Part shown: positions 34,239 through 46,195 of the stretch, piece by piece
How positions within the stretch are numbered: the stretch's first letter is position 1
How the letters are laid out: each line of letters opens with the position of its first letter
NCBI GenBank assembly: GCA_973895155.1
Contig: OZ316895.1
Span: 1,440,412 to 1,504,411 of the forward strand
Origin: Marsupella aquatica
Lineage: Eukaryota > Plantae > Marchantiophyta
Direction of reading: 5' to 3'
DNA length: 64,000 nt
Notes under the pieces: generated by a model
Seen by the model: only the letters and a program-made list of their open reading frames with translations
Told to the model about the DNA's origin: nothing
Databases searched by the model: none
Position numbers and translations under genes: made by a program

Positions 34239-37200
34239 ATGGCTCCAAGGTTGCCTCTTCACAACCCATTTAGGATTAGGCATCATGATTCTAAATTGTG
34301 GATGCGTGAACAAGCCCGGGCCGCCCAAGGTAGGAGTAGGAGGATGAGATGCCCATGCACACAGTGCCAAGGATTCAAGTCATTGAGTTTGAACACTGTG
34401 CACCTTCACCTGCTGCGGCATGAAAGGCACCCTCGGTGGAGGGTTTGGAATGTACCAGCAGAAGAAGACTCCTCTGATGAAGAGTGGAGAGCTGACTTTG
34501 TGGATTCTAATACAGCTAGGCGTAGAGACTACGTAGAGCAGGACATAGACTGTGCAGAGGATGGTCCTGGGGTCCAACATGAGAACGTGGATGACCAAGA
34601 TGGAGATGCAGAGGCAGTCACTGAGGACGGTGGGATGGATGTCCCAAGAATGGTTCAAGAGATTTTTGAAGACCTTGATGCTTTTTACGACACAGTGGAA
34701 TCAGAAGAGGACAATGAACCGCAACCACACATTGGCGACGGCCAAGCTGAACCTGACTTTGACATTGGGGGAGGTGCAGCAGAGAGGGAGTGGGTGTTTG
34801 GGGGCCCAAAACACATCAAAGAAGCTTGCATTCCTATCTACGAGGGGTCAAACTGCTCCAAGCTGGGTTTTGTCGTGTTGTTGTTGAACATCTGTGGCAA
34901 TCACAATGTTCCCAATATATTTGTGACAGAGTTGTTGACCTTCCTGCGCCGAAATGTGTTACCAGATGGTAATTCAATTCCAAAAAATATGTACGAGGCT
35001 AGGAAATTGATGTCTAACCTTGGGCTGAACTATGTGTCTATTGACGCATGCCCTGATGGGTGTGTTCTCTTTCGCAAAGAGCATGCAGATAAATTGACAT
35101 GCCCTCATTGTGGTAAGCACAGGTACAAGAATGTAGGGAAATGTACACACCCTGCCAAGGTTCTTCGTCATTTTCCTCTCATTCCTAGACTACAACGTCT
35201 GTTTAGATGCCCTGCCATTTCCAAGCTGATGACATGGACTCCTGATAACAAGAGCAGTGATGGCCTGCAGCGTCACATTGGAGATTCCAACCATTGGAAA
35301 TTTGTTGATGAGAGGTGGCCACAGTTTGCTGCAGAGAAGCGGAACTTTCGATTTGGTCTATCACTGGATGGAGTAAACCCATTTGGAGACAAAAACAACC
35401 GTTATTCATGTTGGCCGGTTACGCTGCTAAATTACAACCTTCCCCCATGGATGACTACAAAGAGGTTTTTTGTCATGATGGTGCTGTTAATCCCTGGACC
35501 AGCTTCTGTGACCGAGCAATTCATAGATATCATGTTGGCTCCAGCAGTGGAAGAGTGGAAGACTTTGTGGATAGAAGGGGTGTTAACCCATGATGTTCTG
35601 AAGGGGCTTCTTCGACCCAGCCCCTTTAGACTGCATGCAATTTGTTTGCTGGATATAGCAGATTACCCAGGCCATGGCATCATATCTGGACGAGTGACAA
35701 AGGGCTATGTGGGGTGCACACCATGTGGGAAAAATGTGACAAGTGAGTGGTCGCATGCCCTGCACAGTATGAAATTTCAGGGGCATAGAAGGTATCTGCC
35801 TGTTGATCATCCTTACAGGCACACACGGTCTCAAATTGCACACTTCAACAACAAAACAGAGCTTCGTGGCCCACCACAAAGGGTCACCAGAGAGCAAGTC
35901 CTGAGGTGGGCAGCCAGGAAGGCTGATTGGGACAAGAGAAGTGCCACTGATCGAGAACCTGAGGATCCAGTGGTGAAACACGGTGTGAAAAGACAGACCT
36001 TGATGGACTTGGAGTTGGAGTACTGGAGGGTAATGTACTTAGCCTCCAGCCCCTGTATGATTGCAATTTTAGATTGGAGCAATGGTGGATTGATGTTGGT
36101 TACAATCCTCCTATGTGGTTAATTAGTGTTTCTGTTGTTGAATTCTTTGCTTTGTGGAGTGCAGGAATTCGAGCCCAGCAAACACAATGTGGACGTCATG
36201 CACATTGAGAAAAATATTTGTGAGAGCTTGCTGAAGTTCTTGTCGGGTGAGAAAGATACAGGAGCAGTTCGAGCTGATATGCAACAGAAGGGGATTCGCC
36301 CTCACCTTTGGTTGAAGCCCCATGCAAGCAATCCCAATGTACTTCTCAAGTTCCAAGCTCCCTATGTGTGCACACAGGATGAATGGAAGACATTCTTGTA
36401 TAGATTGAGCTGTCTGAAAGTGCCCTCTGGCTATGCTGGTGCCTTCAAGAAGCATATTACAAAGAATAAACTTGGCAGTATGAAAACACATGACTACCAT
36501 GTGTTGATGCAGCACATTCTGCCCCTATGCCTCAGAGGTCTCATGCAGAAACCAGTCCGTAATGTCATTCTTCGACTGTGCAATGTATTTCGCCGTATAT
36601 GTGTGAAAGTGTGGGATCCCCAAGGATTGGAGCAGTTGAAGCAGGATGCTGCTTATGTCCTCTGTGACTTGGAGATATACTTCCCCCCTGCTTTCTTTGA
36701 TGTTATGACTCATCTCCTAATCCATGTGGTAGAAGAGCTAGGGCAGTATGGGCCAGTCAGTACCAGATGGATGTACCCTATGGAGCGATACATGAAGTTG
36801 TTGAAAGGTCATGTGAGAACATACTACAGGCCAGAGGCTTCCATGGCATTGGGGTACATTAAGGATGAGACGTTGGGATTCCTAACAGAGTACATGGCTG
36901 GGTCTGGTGAAGCTATGACAAGAGTTTGGAAATCTGGTGAAGATGATGGAGTGAGTGGCGAGGTTGTTGAAGGTGTGGGACGTGCTGTTCAGCTGCCTGT
37001 TGCGATTCGAGACAAGGCTCATTCATATGTGCTGGCAAACACAGAGCCTATGCAACCATGGTGGAGGTGAGTGATTGAATTGACTTGCCTTTGTTGTGAT
37101 GCTTCTTGTCTGTTCCAAGGGTGATCTTAGGTTGTCATGTGTTGTTTAGACCTAACTATGCCTGTACCTCATATTGCAGGGAATATGATATGCAAAAAGC

Positions 37201-37939
37201 TGCACACTCTGGGCAGCAGGATCCCTTCCCACAGTTCGAGCAGTGGATTCGGGTGACAATTCGAGAGCATAGTAGACATCACCCAAATATGGAGAAGGAT
37301 TTGTATCTTCTATCTGTGCCACCACGATTGTCTATTCTGACCTACAAACGGATGAGAGCTTATGGAAATCATTATCGAGTGAGGGATGAGCAGGGTGACC
37401 ATTGTGTATCATATGATTGTGGTTTGATTTCTGTGTTTGAGCAGAGAACCTCTGAAGAACAGAGGGGGTGGATGAAGATGGGTTACGTGGGGGAGTTGAC
37501 CGACATTTGGGTGTTGAATTATGGTAACACAAGTGTCCCAGTGATATTGATGAAGGGATCATGGGTGAAATCAGAGTGGCAGAGACCAAGGGCCACCATG
37601 AAGCGTGATCATGATGGGTTCTTGTTGGCCAATTTTAGGTCCAGAGTACCAGAATGGTCTGAGCCTTTTGTTTTCCCTAGCCAAGTTGAACAGGCTTTCT
37701 TTGCAGATGTGGAGGAGTCACATGGCTGGAGGGTGGTATGCCATAGCCAAGCACGGAACAGGCGGATGGATGGAAGTAAAGTAGAGTTCAGTTTGGATGA
37801 CCATGCTGCATTCGAGCATCCTAGTCATGAGACTGTACTTCCAACTCGGGCAGGGACTGACTACATCCCCTTAACATTGAGAGAGACATATGATGAACCT
37901 GGGCAAATGGAATATGATGAGGTTGATGATTTGCAATAG
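34239..37939 (+). CDS. TnpD/Tnp2-like CACTA transposase of E2, apparently intact (about 1150 aa)
   Basis: Exons 34239-36029, 36165-37066 and 37180-37939 joined at GT-AG sites give 3453 nt in frame. Transposase-associated, Transposase_21, DUF4218 and DUF4216-like motifs are present; intron positions match E1. Confidence 0.93.
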
Positions 37940-38116
37940 GCAACAGCTGGCGATTGGCAAGTATGAGGTTGAGGATGACTACCTGCACAGAGTCACAGAA
38001 CGGGAATTGCTGCCTAGAATGATGTTTAGGATAGTTGGATATGCATGAAATTGATTGATACTTTGAATTTAGTGTGCTGATTCTCCCTGTTTGGTTGTGG
38101 GTGCTGTGCAGAAGCT

Positions 38117-41100
38117 ATGGGGGAAGAGGGTGATGACATGGAGACAGACATGGGGCTTGGAGAGTGGGGTGAAGAGGAAAGATTGGATATGGATGGAGAC
38201 CCAGATGCAGGGGGCTCACAGAAAAATGCACCTGTGCAGGATGCACAGGGCCCTCATCAAGTCCCAGGTAGGTGGGCAGCTAGAGAGAAATCACATAATC
38301 CATACCCTAGAAGGAGCCAGAGTTATTGGCAAGGGACGCCTGATAATTATGATGATGACTATGATGGAGCAGAAGATGGATGGGATGAATATGAACACCC
38401 AGAGCGTGGTAGAGACGGGTACAGAGGGCAATGGACAGGTGAGGAGGATGATTGGACAAGTAAGTGCCTTGTGCTAGTGATTTTGTGATGGTAGTAGAGA
38501 TTTAGCTCAATATGGACTTATCTGATGTGTAGCTAGGGCAAAGAGTTTATCTTACAAGTCCATGAGTGTGGCATGTACCTGTTGGTATGCAGACTCTGAT
38601 TGGGACAATCACGAAAACAACAAAGGCCATCCACGTTCAGATAGGCGGCAATCATTCACAGGCGGGAGAAACGGCCCTAATTCATCAAGACAAAGCAATA
38701 GGACAGGTGGTCCAGAACCATCTATGCGCCAAGGGAGAGGTAACTTGGTCATTGCAGAATTGCTCTGAAGTCCAGTGTATATTTGGCAGCAGGATTTATG
38801 ATTCATACTTACCTAATGTAAGTGACTGTAAATGGATCCTGTAAATGTGTAGGGACTCCAGGGAGGTTTGGACAATGCAATCCAGGCCGTGGGGGGAGAT
38901 CAGGCCGTGGAGGGACACCTAGTAGCGCTTCAGGGAGTACCAAGGCAGGAGACAGTAACAAATTTGGTAAAGTAGAAGTGAATTCCGAAGGTTGGATAAC
39001 TCCCACATGTGATGGTAAGAACCGTTGGCATTCTGACCTAAGAGGAGAAGTATTGCGTTGGTTAGATTTGAGCATTACAGAGTTTAGGAGTCAGAACAAA
39101 GCTGATTGGGCTGCTATCTGCAAGGACATTCTTGAACGGTGGGACTATGTTGGTAATGATGGTAAGGGCCCAGTTGAAGATTGCATATCAGATTATGCAA
39201 TGAGGATTTTGAAACAAGAGAGGCATAGGTTGAAAAGGATGTGGATAGACAATGGTTCTAACAGGAGAATGCCACCACCCCCATCATTGGAACTGGATCA
39301 ATGGACACGGTTAATCAAAGGGTTCATGTCGGAGGCTGGACAGAGCAAGAGTGAACTGATGTCAAATGCTCGAGGCAAAGTGAAACACCTTTCACAGGCT
39401 GGGAGAGGAAGTTATGCTCCAGTGAAAGAACAATTGGTAAGGCAGTGACATGCCTAATAGTAAGCCTCAAACTTATCATCTTGCTACCATTATTACATTT
39501 TCATTGACAATCAACACTTGGTTTCATTCATATGTATGTTGATGTGGACTGCAGAAGAAATTGACAGGTGAAGAACCATCAGCACAAGAAGTGAGAGAGG
39601 AGTTCATGAAACAAAGGAGTGAGGTGACAAGTGTGACTTCCAAACAGGTGATTATGTTGTAATTCTATATGTTCTGTGACTATTTGGCCTTGAGCATCAG
39701 AAAGAATTGTAGTAGGAAGTAAGCAACCAGTTCTTGGGGACAATTATCTGAGATATGTAAACTGTGTTATGACAGGGAACTGTTACAACTCTCACAAAGA
39801 TGTCTGAACGGTTGAAGTCATTAGAGTGTGGACTCCCTCGAGTGGAAAGTAAATTGGCTGATCGTTTGGATATTGTGGAGGCATCTGTAGCGAACCTTCT
39901 TGCATCAGTGGAATCTAATTTCAAGCTTGTGATTGAAAAATTGGGTGGTTCCCAACCAAACAATGAGGGCAACATTGTACAAAGTGTGCCCTTGTTAACA
40001 AAAAAGGGAATTGGAAAATCTGACACAGGTATGCAATGAGGATTTTGAAACAAGAGAGGCCCATTGTTCATTGTGTCCTATGTTCAAATGTTAGAAGTAA
40101 GTTTTCATGAATTGAGTGAATGGTTTGAATGCAGGAAGAGTGGAGGCAGAGAACCTGGACCCTGTAATCGGTAAGCAGAATGGCAAAAAGGTTGCTGAGA
40201 CAGGTAACCTGCTATGATCCAGTACATTACATTTGAAAAGTGCATGGAGTTTTGTGAAGCTTAAGCCGGTTGGAGGTAATCTTTTCTGTAAGAATTGGTT
40301 GGATAAACTGGGAATTGAAGTGACATCATGATTGATGTATCAGGTGATTCAAAGAGCAATGAAAAAGATGTGCCCAGTGCCTCAGTGACCATAGCCAAGG
40401 AGGTATCAGGTAAGCTGATGCTTTAAATTCCTCTCCTACCATTGTTGAGAAACAATTCAGTGGTTAATAGATTGAACCTGAATCTTGTGGTCTGTTTATT
40501 GATCAGCAGAAGCAGACATGGAGGATATGGCAATGGCAAAGAAGGGGAAGAAGGCTGTTCATAATGGTAAGGAGATAGTGACAACTTTGTGGATGGTGAC
40601 ATGTACATGGCGCACATGTGATGAGTGATTCACTTATGTTGGACAATGCATTGAATTGTAGTTGATGCAGAGTTGACAGACTCTCAACCAAGTGGGAGCA
40701 GGGTGAAGCGACGTCGAAACTTGGGAGCAACATTGGATGCAAGTAAGATTGTAGATGCTTCAATTGAAGCAAGTACAATGTTAGCAGATACTGAGATGAT
40801 GTCGCAAGGAAATCCTGCTACACAATCGGAAGTGTCAAATATGGATGCAGATTCTTTGAAGAAGAGTGTAGCCAATTCTCGATCACCAGCACAAAACACT
40901 CGTGCCAAAGTCATGACTCGCAACCAAGGTATGAATAATGTCATGTATAAGCCACCCAGGAAAGCCAAGAAAAACAGCCAGGGTAAGGTGGAGGTGATAG
41001 CCACAACAGAGCCAGTCCATAATCTTCTATCATGGGAGAATGACTCGCAGGTATGTGTGGGTACAGGCATTTTGCGACCGGATCATGCTAAATTCCATGG

Positions 41101-41266
41101 CAAAGTGGTCCCGGATGACCATGTAGTAGTGTTGTTGACTACAGTGATTGTATCTGATTGTAATTTGCCATTTCCGAATAGAGACGATGATCCACCTCAA
41201 GAAATAATTGCAGATGCAGTAGGATCTCTTGTGCTCTGGCCATCAGAGTGTGTTAGTCTGCAGTGA
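38117..41266 (+). CDS. Multi-exon TnpA-like gene of E2
   Basis: Exons include about 38853-39436 (KNRWHSDLRGEVLRWLD..KQERHRLKRMW) and a last exon ending FHGKVVPDDHVVVLL..LPFPNRDDDPPQEIIADAVGSLVLWP, homologous to the E1 gene. The small internal exons are approximate. Confidence 0.75.
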
Positions 41267-41769
41267 CTGAATACAAGTGTAGATAGAATCATGTGAATTG
41301 TGTTACATTTTGACATTGCCTTGGAAAAATCCAAGAAATATCTGTACCAATTTTTCCATTTGGTAAAGAGGATGAAGGAGCCGTTGTGTGTGACATTGAT
41401 ATTTCTGAATTCTGTATGTATGAAACAAGTGATTGATGTCAAACTATGGCTCTATGGTGATTGTCTATGATACTTGAATCTGTTTTGTATCAATTCAGTA
41501 TTAGTGTGTATGGTATAGACGAATGCTTTGTGACCTTCTTTGTAGTCTATGATGTTTGAATCTGTGAATTCATATTAGTGTACATGGTATAGAAGATGGC
41601 TTTCTGAAAATTTGTGTGAGGTTCTAATGTTAACATGGTGAATGGTGACCTTATAGAGTGAGTTCATTCCAAGTACACAATAAAACATGAATGAAATGTG
41701 TTATTTGTGCACAAGAGTGAGTTCATTCCAAGTAGTATAGTGGGGTCTTCATCACTCATTTCCAGTTGA

Positions 41770-42135
41770 CATGAAAGACTTGTACATACCCCACAAAGTG
41801 TCTACTTTAGTCGTTTTATAAACCCCCACAAAGTGTCTACTTTAGTCATTTTATAAACCCACAAAGTATATTTAAAGACTACCCTCCATAACCTTTTGAG
41901 TTGTTCCCAACGACTCACCATCGCAGCCCATAAAAGACTGAAAAAGACTCACCAAAGCTACCCACACAAAGACTAAAATAGACTGAAAATCCAGTCTATT
42001 AAACGACTTATAAACCAGTTCTATAAAGGACTCAGTTGATTATAGTAACAAAACATACGACTCGCAGTCCTATAAAGGACTAGAGTCCTTCCCAGTCGTT
42101 TCCAAGTCCTATACGGTATTGAATAGTCGTTTAAT
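41770..42135. repeat. E2 right subterminal repeats (AAAGACT/CGACT/AGTC motifs plus a short tandem duplication)
   Basis: Many (A/C)GACT copies; CCCACAAAGTGTCTACTTTAGTC repeated at about 41790-41850; the same motif recurs at 25010-25240. Confidence 0.75.
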
Positions 42136-42359
42136 GGGGTCTAAATACCCCCCGGTTTCTACTAGTGGTTGTGCCAGTAAGGTCACTACGTGTGGTATGG
42201 GTGTCCCTGCAATTTTTTCTGGAAACTTGTTTATTTTTAGCATATCACAAGATTTACTTACACTTTAGACACCTTCCGGCCAACATTTACTTGTTCTGGA
42301 CACTTATAGAAATATTTGACATCTCCGGCTTTCCTGACGATTCCTAGTGTACTTTGCCC

Positions 42360-42655
42360 GACGCTGTGACCAGCGCCCGTTTCTTTTACTCAAGACGCTG
42401 CGGAAGCGTCCAACCTCCTCATGACGCTTTTGGCAGCGCCCGACCGCCACCAAGACTCTATGAGGATTTCGACCGCCACCAAGACTCTATGAGGATTTCG
42501 ACCGACGCTGTGGAAAGCGTCAGCTTCAACACACGACGCTGTGAGCAGCGTCCACCCTAGTATTGACGCTGTGAGCAGTGTGAGCAGCGTCCGTTGGTTT
42601 TACTTAAGACGCTTCTAGCAGCGTCCAGATTCTCCCGACGCTTCTAGCAGCGTCC
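42360..42655. repeat. Array of about 8 imperfect GACGCT-N6-AGCGTC palindromes plus a 29-bp tandem duplication
   Basis: Examples GACGCTGCGGAAGCGTC, GACGCTGTGAGCAGCGTC, GACGCTTCTAGCAGCGTC (twice); CGACCGCCACCAAGACTCTATGAGGATTT twice at 42441-42498. Confidence 0.75.
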
Positions 42656-44066
42656 GCTCAACACTTAGTTTTTGAAGTAGATTACTAGTAAAGTAGTATT
42701 CTACCACCCTTGTTGAAGTACTTATGCTGTGCTTCTCCCTTGTTTAGTTTTAAGCTTGGAAAGGCACGACTGTTCTTACCTCCTCCATTTTAGGATTCCA
42801 GCACTTATAAGACAGAGTAGAATGCTCATTTGAAGTAGAGAGAAATAGAGTTAATACTGTATTCAGAATTGAGTCTTCTGAATAGTTTTCTCCTCCTTCC
42901 ATTGTAACAAGGCATGCTGTGAGTGTTTTGTATGGAAGTAAAGCTATATTGATTGAAGTTAAGATTGAATTCAAGAGATTCCTGTGGTGATTGAATTCAG
43001 TTGCAGATTTCTGAAACTCGTATTGAATTCACTGCTAGGCTTGCTTGCAGAGTCGGAATTCGCTAGCCAATTCAAGAATAGTTAATGATAAATGAGAAGT
43101 AAATTCTGATTCTCAGAGTAGTTAGTACCGTTGCTTTGATTCTGGAATATGGTTTAGAGTTTGACTGAATTGCGTATCGCTGATGTCAAACCATGTTGAC
43201 GGCATTTTAAATCATATCATTCATTTGCAATCAGAAAGCTTCTGCTTCATCAGATTGAGAATTCCATTATCATTAACCTTTGTGTTTTGAAGAGTGAGAT
43301 GGATGAATTATGAGATAGATTTCATGTCTATACTGAGCCCAAATCCTTTCTGAAGGAGTGGCAGTAGCAACTTGTAGTCTCTAAATCCTTACTCATTTCT
43401 TCTCTAATTCACAAATCAGAAGTTCAGTTACTTTGTTGTTTGTTTATTCGATTTTTTTTTATTGAGAAGTGAAGTCAACATAGAGCTCAAGACTCTAAAT
43501 CACTCGGAGTGATAAAAGTTATACAATTCATTCTGAAATCTGTTCTTAAAGGGATCGAAACCCTGGTTTTAGGTGAGAAGAGTCACTTTTGATACTTAGC
43601 ACTATACGACACTACGCAACAGTGGACTCTGTTGCTTCAAGGCGGTGGATGAGGGGACACTTTCTTGCTGAGGTTGGTCCCCGTGGAGCGCTTTTGGTGG
43701 GGTATAAGGGTGACATTGGCACAGGGCCGTTGCACCAGGAGGATGCTATACCACGTCTTTTTCGGGAGTCAAAACGGGAGGAATGTTCTGGTGGATTCTG
43801 ACTCTAGAAGATAGGTGGGCATTTGCGCTGTACTGTGGGATTCTTCACTAGGATCTCAGAGGAGCACTATTGCGGTGTCACTCTGAAATCGTGGTGGAGC
43901 AGCTCATCGTGACTCCAGAGATCATATGTATGTAAGTGATTGGGAGATGCGGGGATTCTGATTGGGAGCCGCTCTGAAGTGGGAGAAGGTACGTCCGATT
44001 TGTTTTCTTACCTTTCGCTTGGTTGCATTGTTGTTACCTTGCGACTGTGGAAGCAGGGAAGATACT

Positions 44067-46139
44067 ATGGCAACAATGGATTACTACGGAAAGGTGGAAC
44101 CCTTGGTGCGAGATAGAGGGGTGAGAGGCGGACGCATTCATACGACCGGTAGGGAGATGGGTGAGTTCGGAAGGCAGCTTGAGAGGGGGCCCGCGGAGCT
44201 TCAGTATGGTGGCACTGGCGAGGCAGAGGATCCTGGTAGTAAGGAGCATTCAGGGGACAAAAACGGGGGGTTGCGGGAGCGATTCTCGGCTCAAGATGCT
44301 AGGCGAGATTCGGAGGTGAGCCGGGGTTTACTGCCGGTCAGAGGTGGCAGTAGCTCGGCTATCGGGATTAGAAGCATTGTAGACTCACAAGCGCGTCTGG
44401 ACTAGGGGGATCAGATGGAGGTGGAAAGCGAGATGCCTGGAGGTGATCCTGTAGTAGGGGGGCATATATGGATGGACTCAGAAAATGCGCTGAGAGATGT
44501 GGGCCGACGGGAGTCTGCACTGGGGGAGCTGAGGATTCCTGTTGAGGAGGAGGCTTCTGAAGAATGTGTGCGAATTCTACAAAATATTGGGATTCGATCT
44601 AAAGGGAATCTTGATAAGAAGCTTTTCACAACTCTCGATTGGACTATGGCGGAAGCTGCTCTCAACGTGAGACAACTGTATAATTGTGCACTTATGTGCT
44701 TCTTCACGGACAGGCCACCTCTGCTACAGGTGTTTTGAGAGTGGGTGGAGGAGGTGATGACTAGCCAAGGTAATTGGCCGGTCCTCCAGATTAAATTTGT
44801 GGGGAAGGGGTTTTATATGATTGTCTTTGAGCATCCGGATCATCGGGACATGGCGCTAAACTCTGCCCCCTGGTTTATGGATCGGAGATTTGTATACACG
44901 TTCCCATGGGACCCCTCTTTTGACATTAAAAATGAGACATTCACTAAGCTGCCGGTATGGATAGAGCTTCCTTTTCGGGATCTTGCATTGGAGGGATGCA
45001 GGAGGCAGATTGCTTGCTCACTGGGCCCTCTGCTTTATTACATCCAGGGAGATCAGTTTAGCTCCTTCCCCCATGATAGAGCGTGCATTCTTTGGGACAC
45101 GGATCGGGAGGTCCCTGCTAGTGTTAGAATTCAAATTAGGGATGATATCGTGATATGGCAACCAGTGACATTTCGCAACATTCCATATCACTGTTATAAA
45201 TGTAATAAGAAGGGTCACCTGGCGCGTAATTGCGGAGAATCAGGGGCATATGAGCCGCCTATGGTGGTTGAAGCAGAGATTCCAGATGAGAAGGATGATG
45301 AACGCCATTCGGAAGCAGATGCGGAAGAGGCTCAACGGGCTTTGGATAACGCCAAGGCCAGGGCGGAATTCAGGGCGGCCAGGGCATTGCAGGTGGAAAA
45401 CCAGCAAAGGAAGGCTGTGGAGGTAGATATGGAGCAGAATGAGAGGATGGTCTCTGAGAGTAGCAGGCACAAAAACCGGGCTGAGGGTTCGGGCTTAATG
45501 ACAGGTGAACCTGTTCATCTGTATGCGGGGATGCCCTTGGCAGTGGTGGCTAGAAATGAGTTGGCTCCGGTGGAGGTGAGTCTCCCATTGGCGTGCAGGA
45601 GCAAGTATGGAAGGAAGGAGACTGTGCTGGATGCCAAGGCTTTGATTTTTGAGCCGCCCCCTTTTCCTGTGGAGCAAGGGAACTCTGGACTGCTACAGGC
45701 CTCTGACTTGAATCGGGGGGACTCTGGCAAAGAAGCTTTCTCGTATCATGGTGATTCGGACGCTGAGATGTCTGAATATGAGACTTACATTTCAAACAGT
45801 AAACTCAAGGCCAGAGCACGGAAGCAGGAGCTGAGAACTCCTCCCACTGATACCAAAGACAAACTGAAAGGTGATTCCAAGAAACAACGTTCCCTAAGCT
45901 TCTCACGAGGATGCTTGTCTGATGCAGGTGGCAGTGACAGGTCCTCACGGGGACACAAAGGGCTGGCAGGTACCGAGCGATCCGATGGAGAGGAGATAGG
46001 TAAGGTTGTGGGAGAGGGGTCCTCTGGTGTAAACAGGGGTGGTAACCGGCTTAAGTTGATACCTTTTGCTGCAGTCTCAGGCAACCTGAGAATTAGCTCG
46101 GATGTGGAGATGTCTCCGGGGGGACGCGCTCGAATTTAA
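44067..46139 (+). pseudogene. LINE ORF1 (DUF4283-like region plus CCHC zinc knuckle)
   Basis: Three ORF-track segments share one frame, split by TAG 44403 and TGA 44736. Motifs GKGFYMIVFE..APWFM..W, LPVWIELP and CYKCNKKGHLARNC. Confidence 0.88.
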
Positions 46140-46195
46140 CTCAACTCGGAAGCAGAGATGGAGGCCGCTGCTTCGGTGATTCAAAATTAGGCTAG

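Larger units (their letters stand above)
24977..42167 (+). mobile_element. CACTA (En/Spm) transposon E2, 17.2 kb, full length
   Basis: Left TIR CACTAGTAGAAATCGGGGTAATTTAGACC at 24977; right TIR GGTCTAAATACCCCCCGGTTTCTACTAGTG ending at 42167; 3-bp TSD GTT on both sides; AAAGACT-rich subtermini. Confidence 0.96.

Noticed and set aside
42360-42655. CRISPR-like repeat-spacer appearance
   Set aside because: Repeats are short and degenerate, spacing is irregular, the context is eukaryotic and there are no cas genes.
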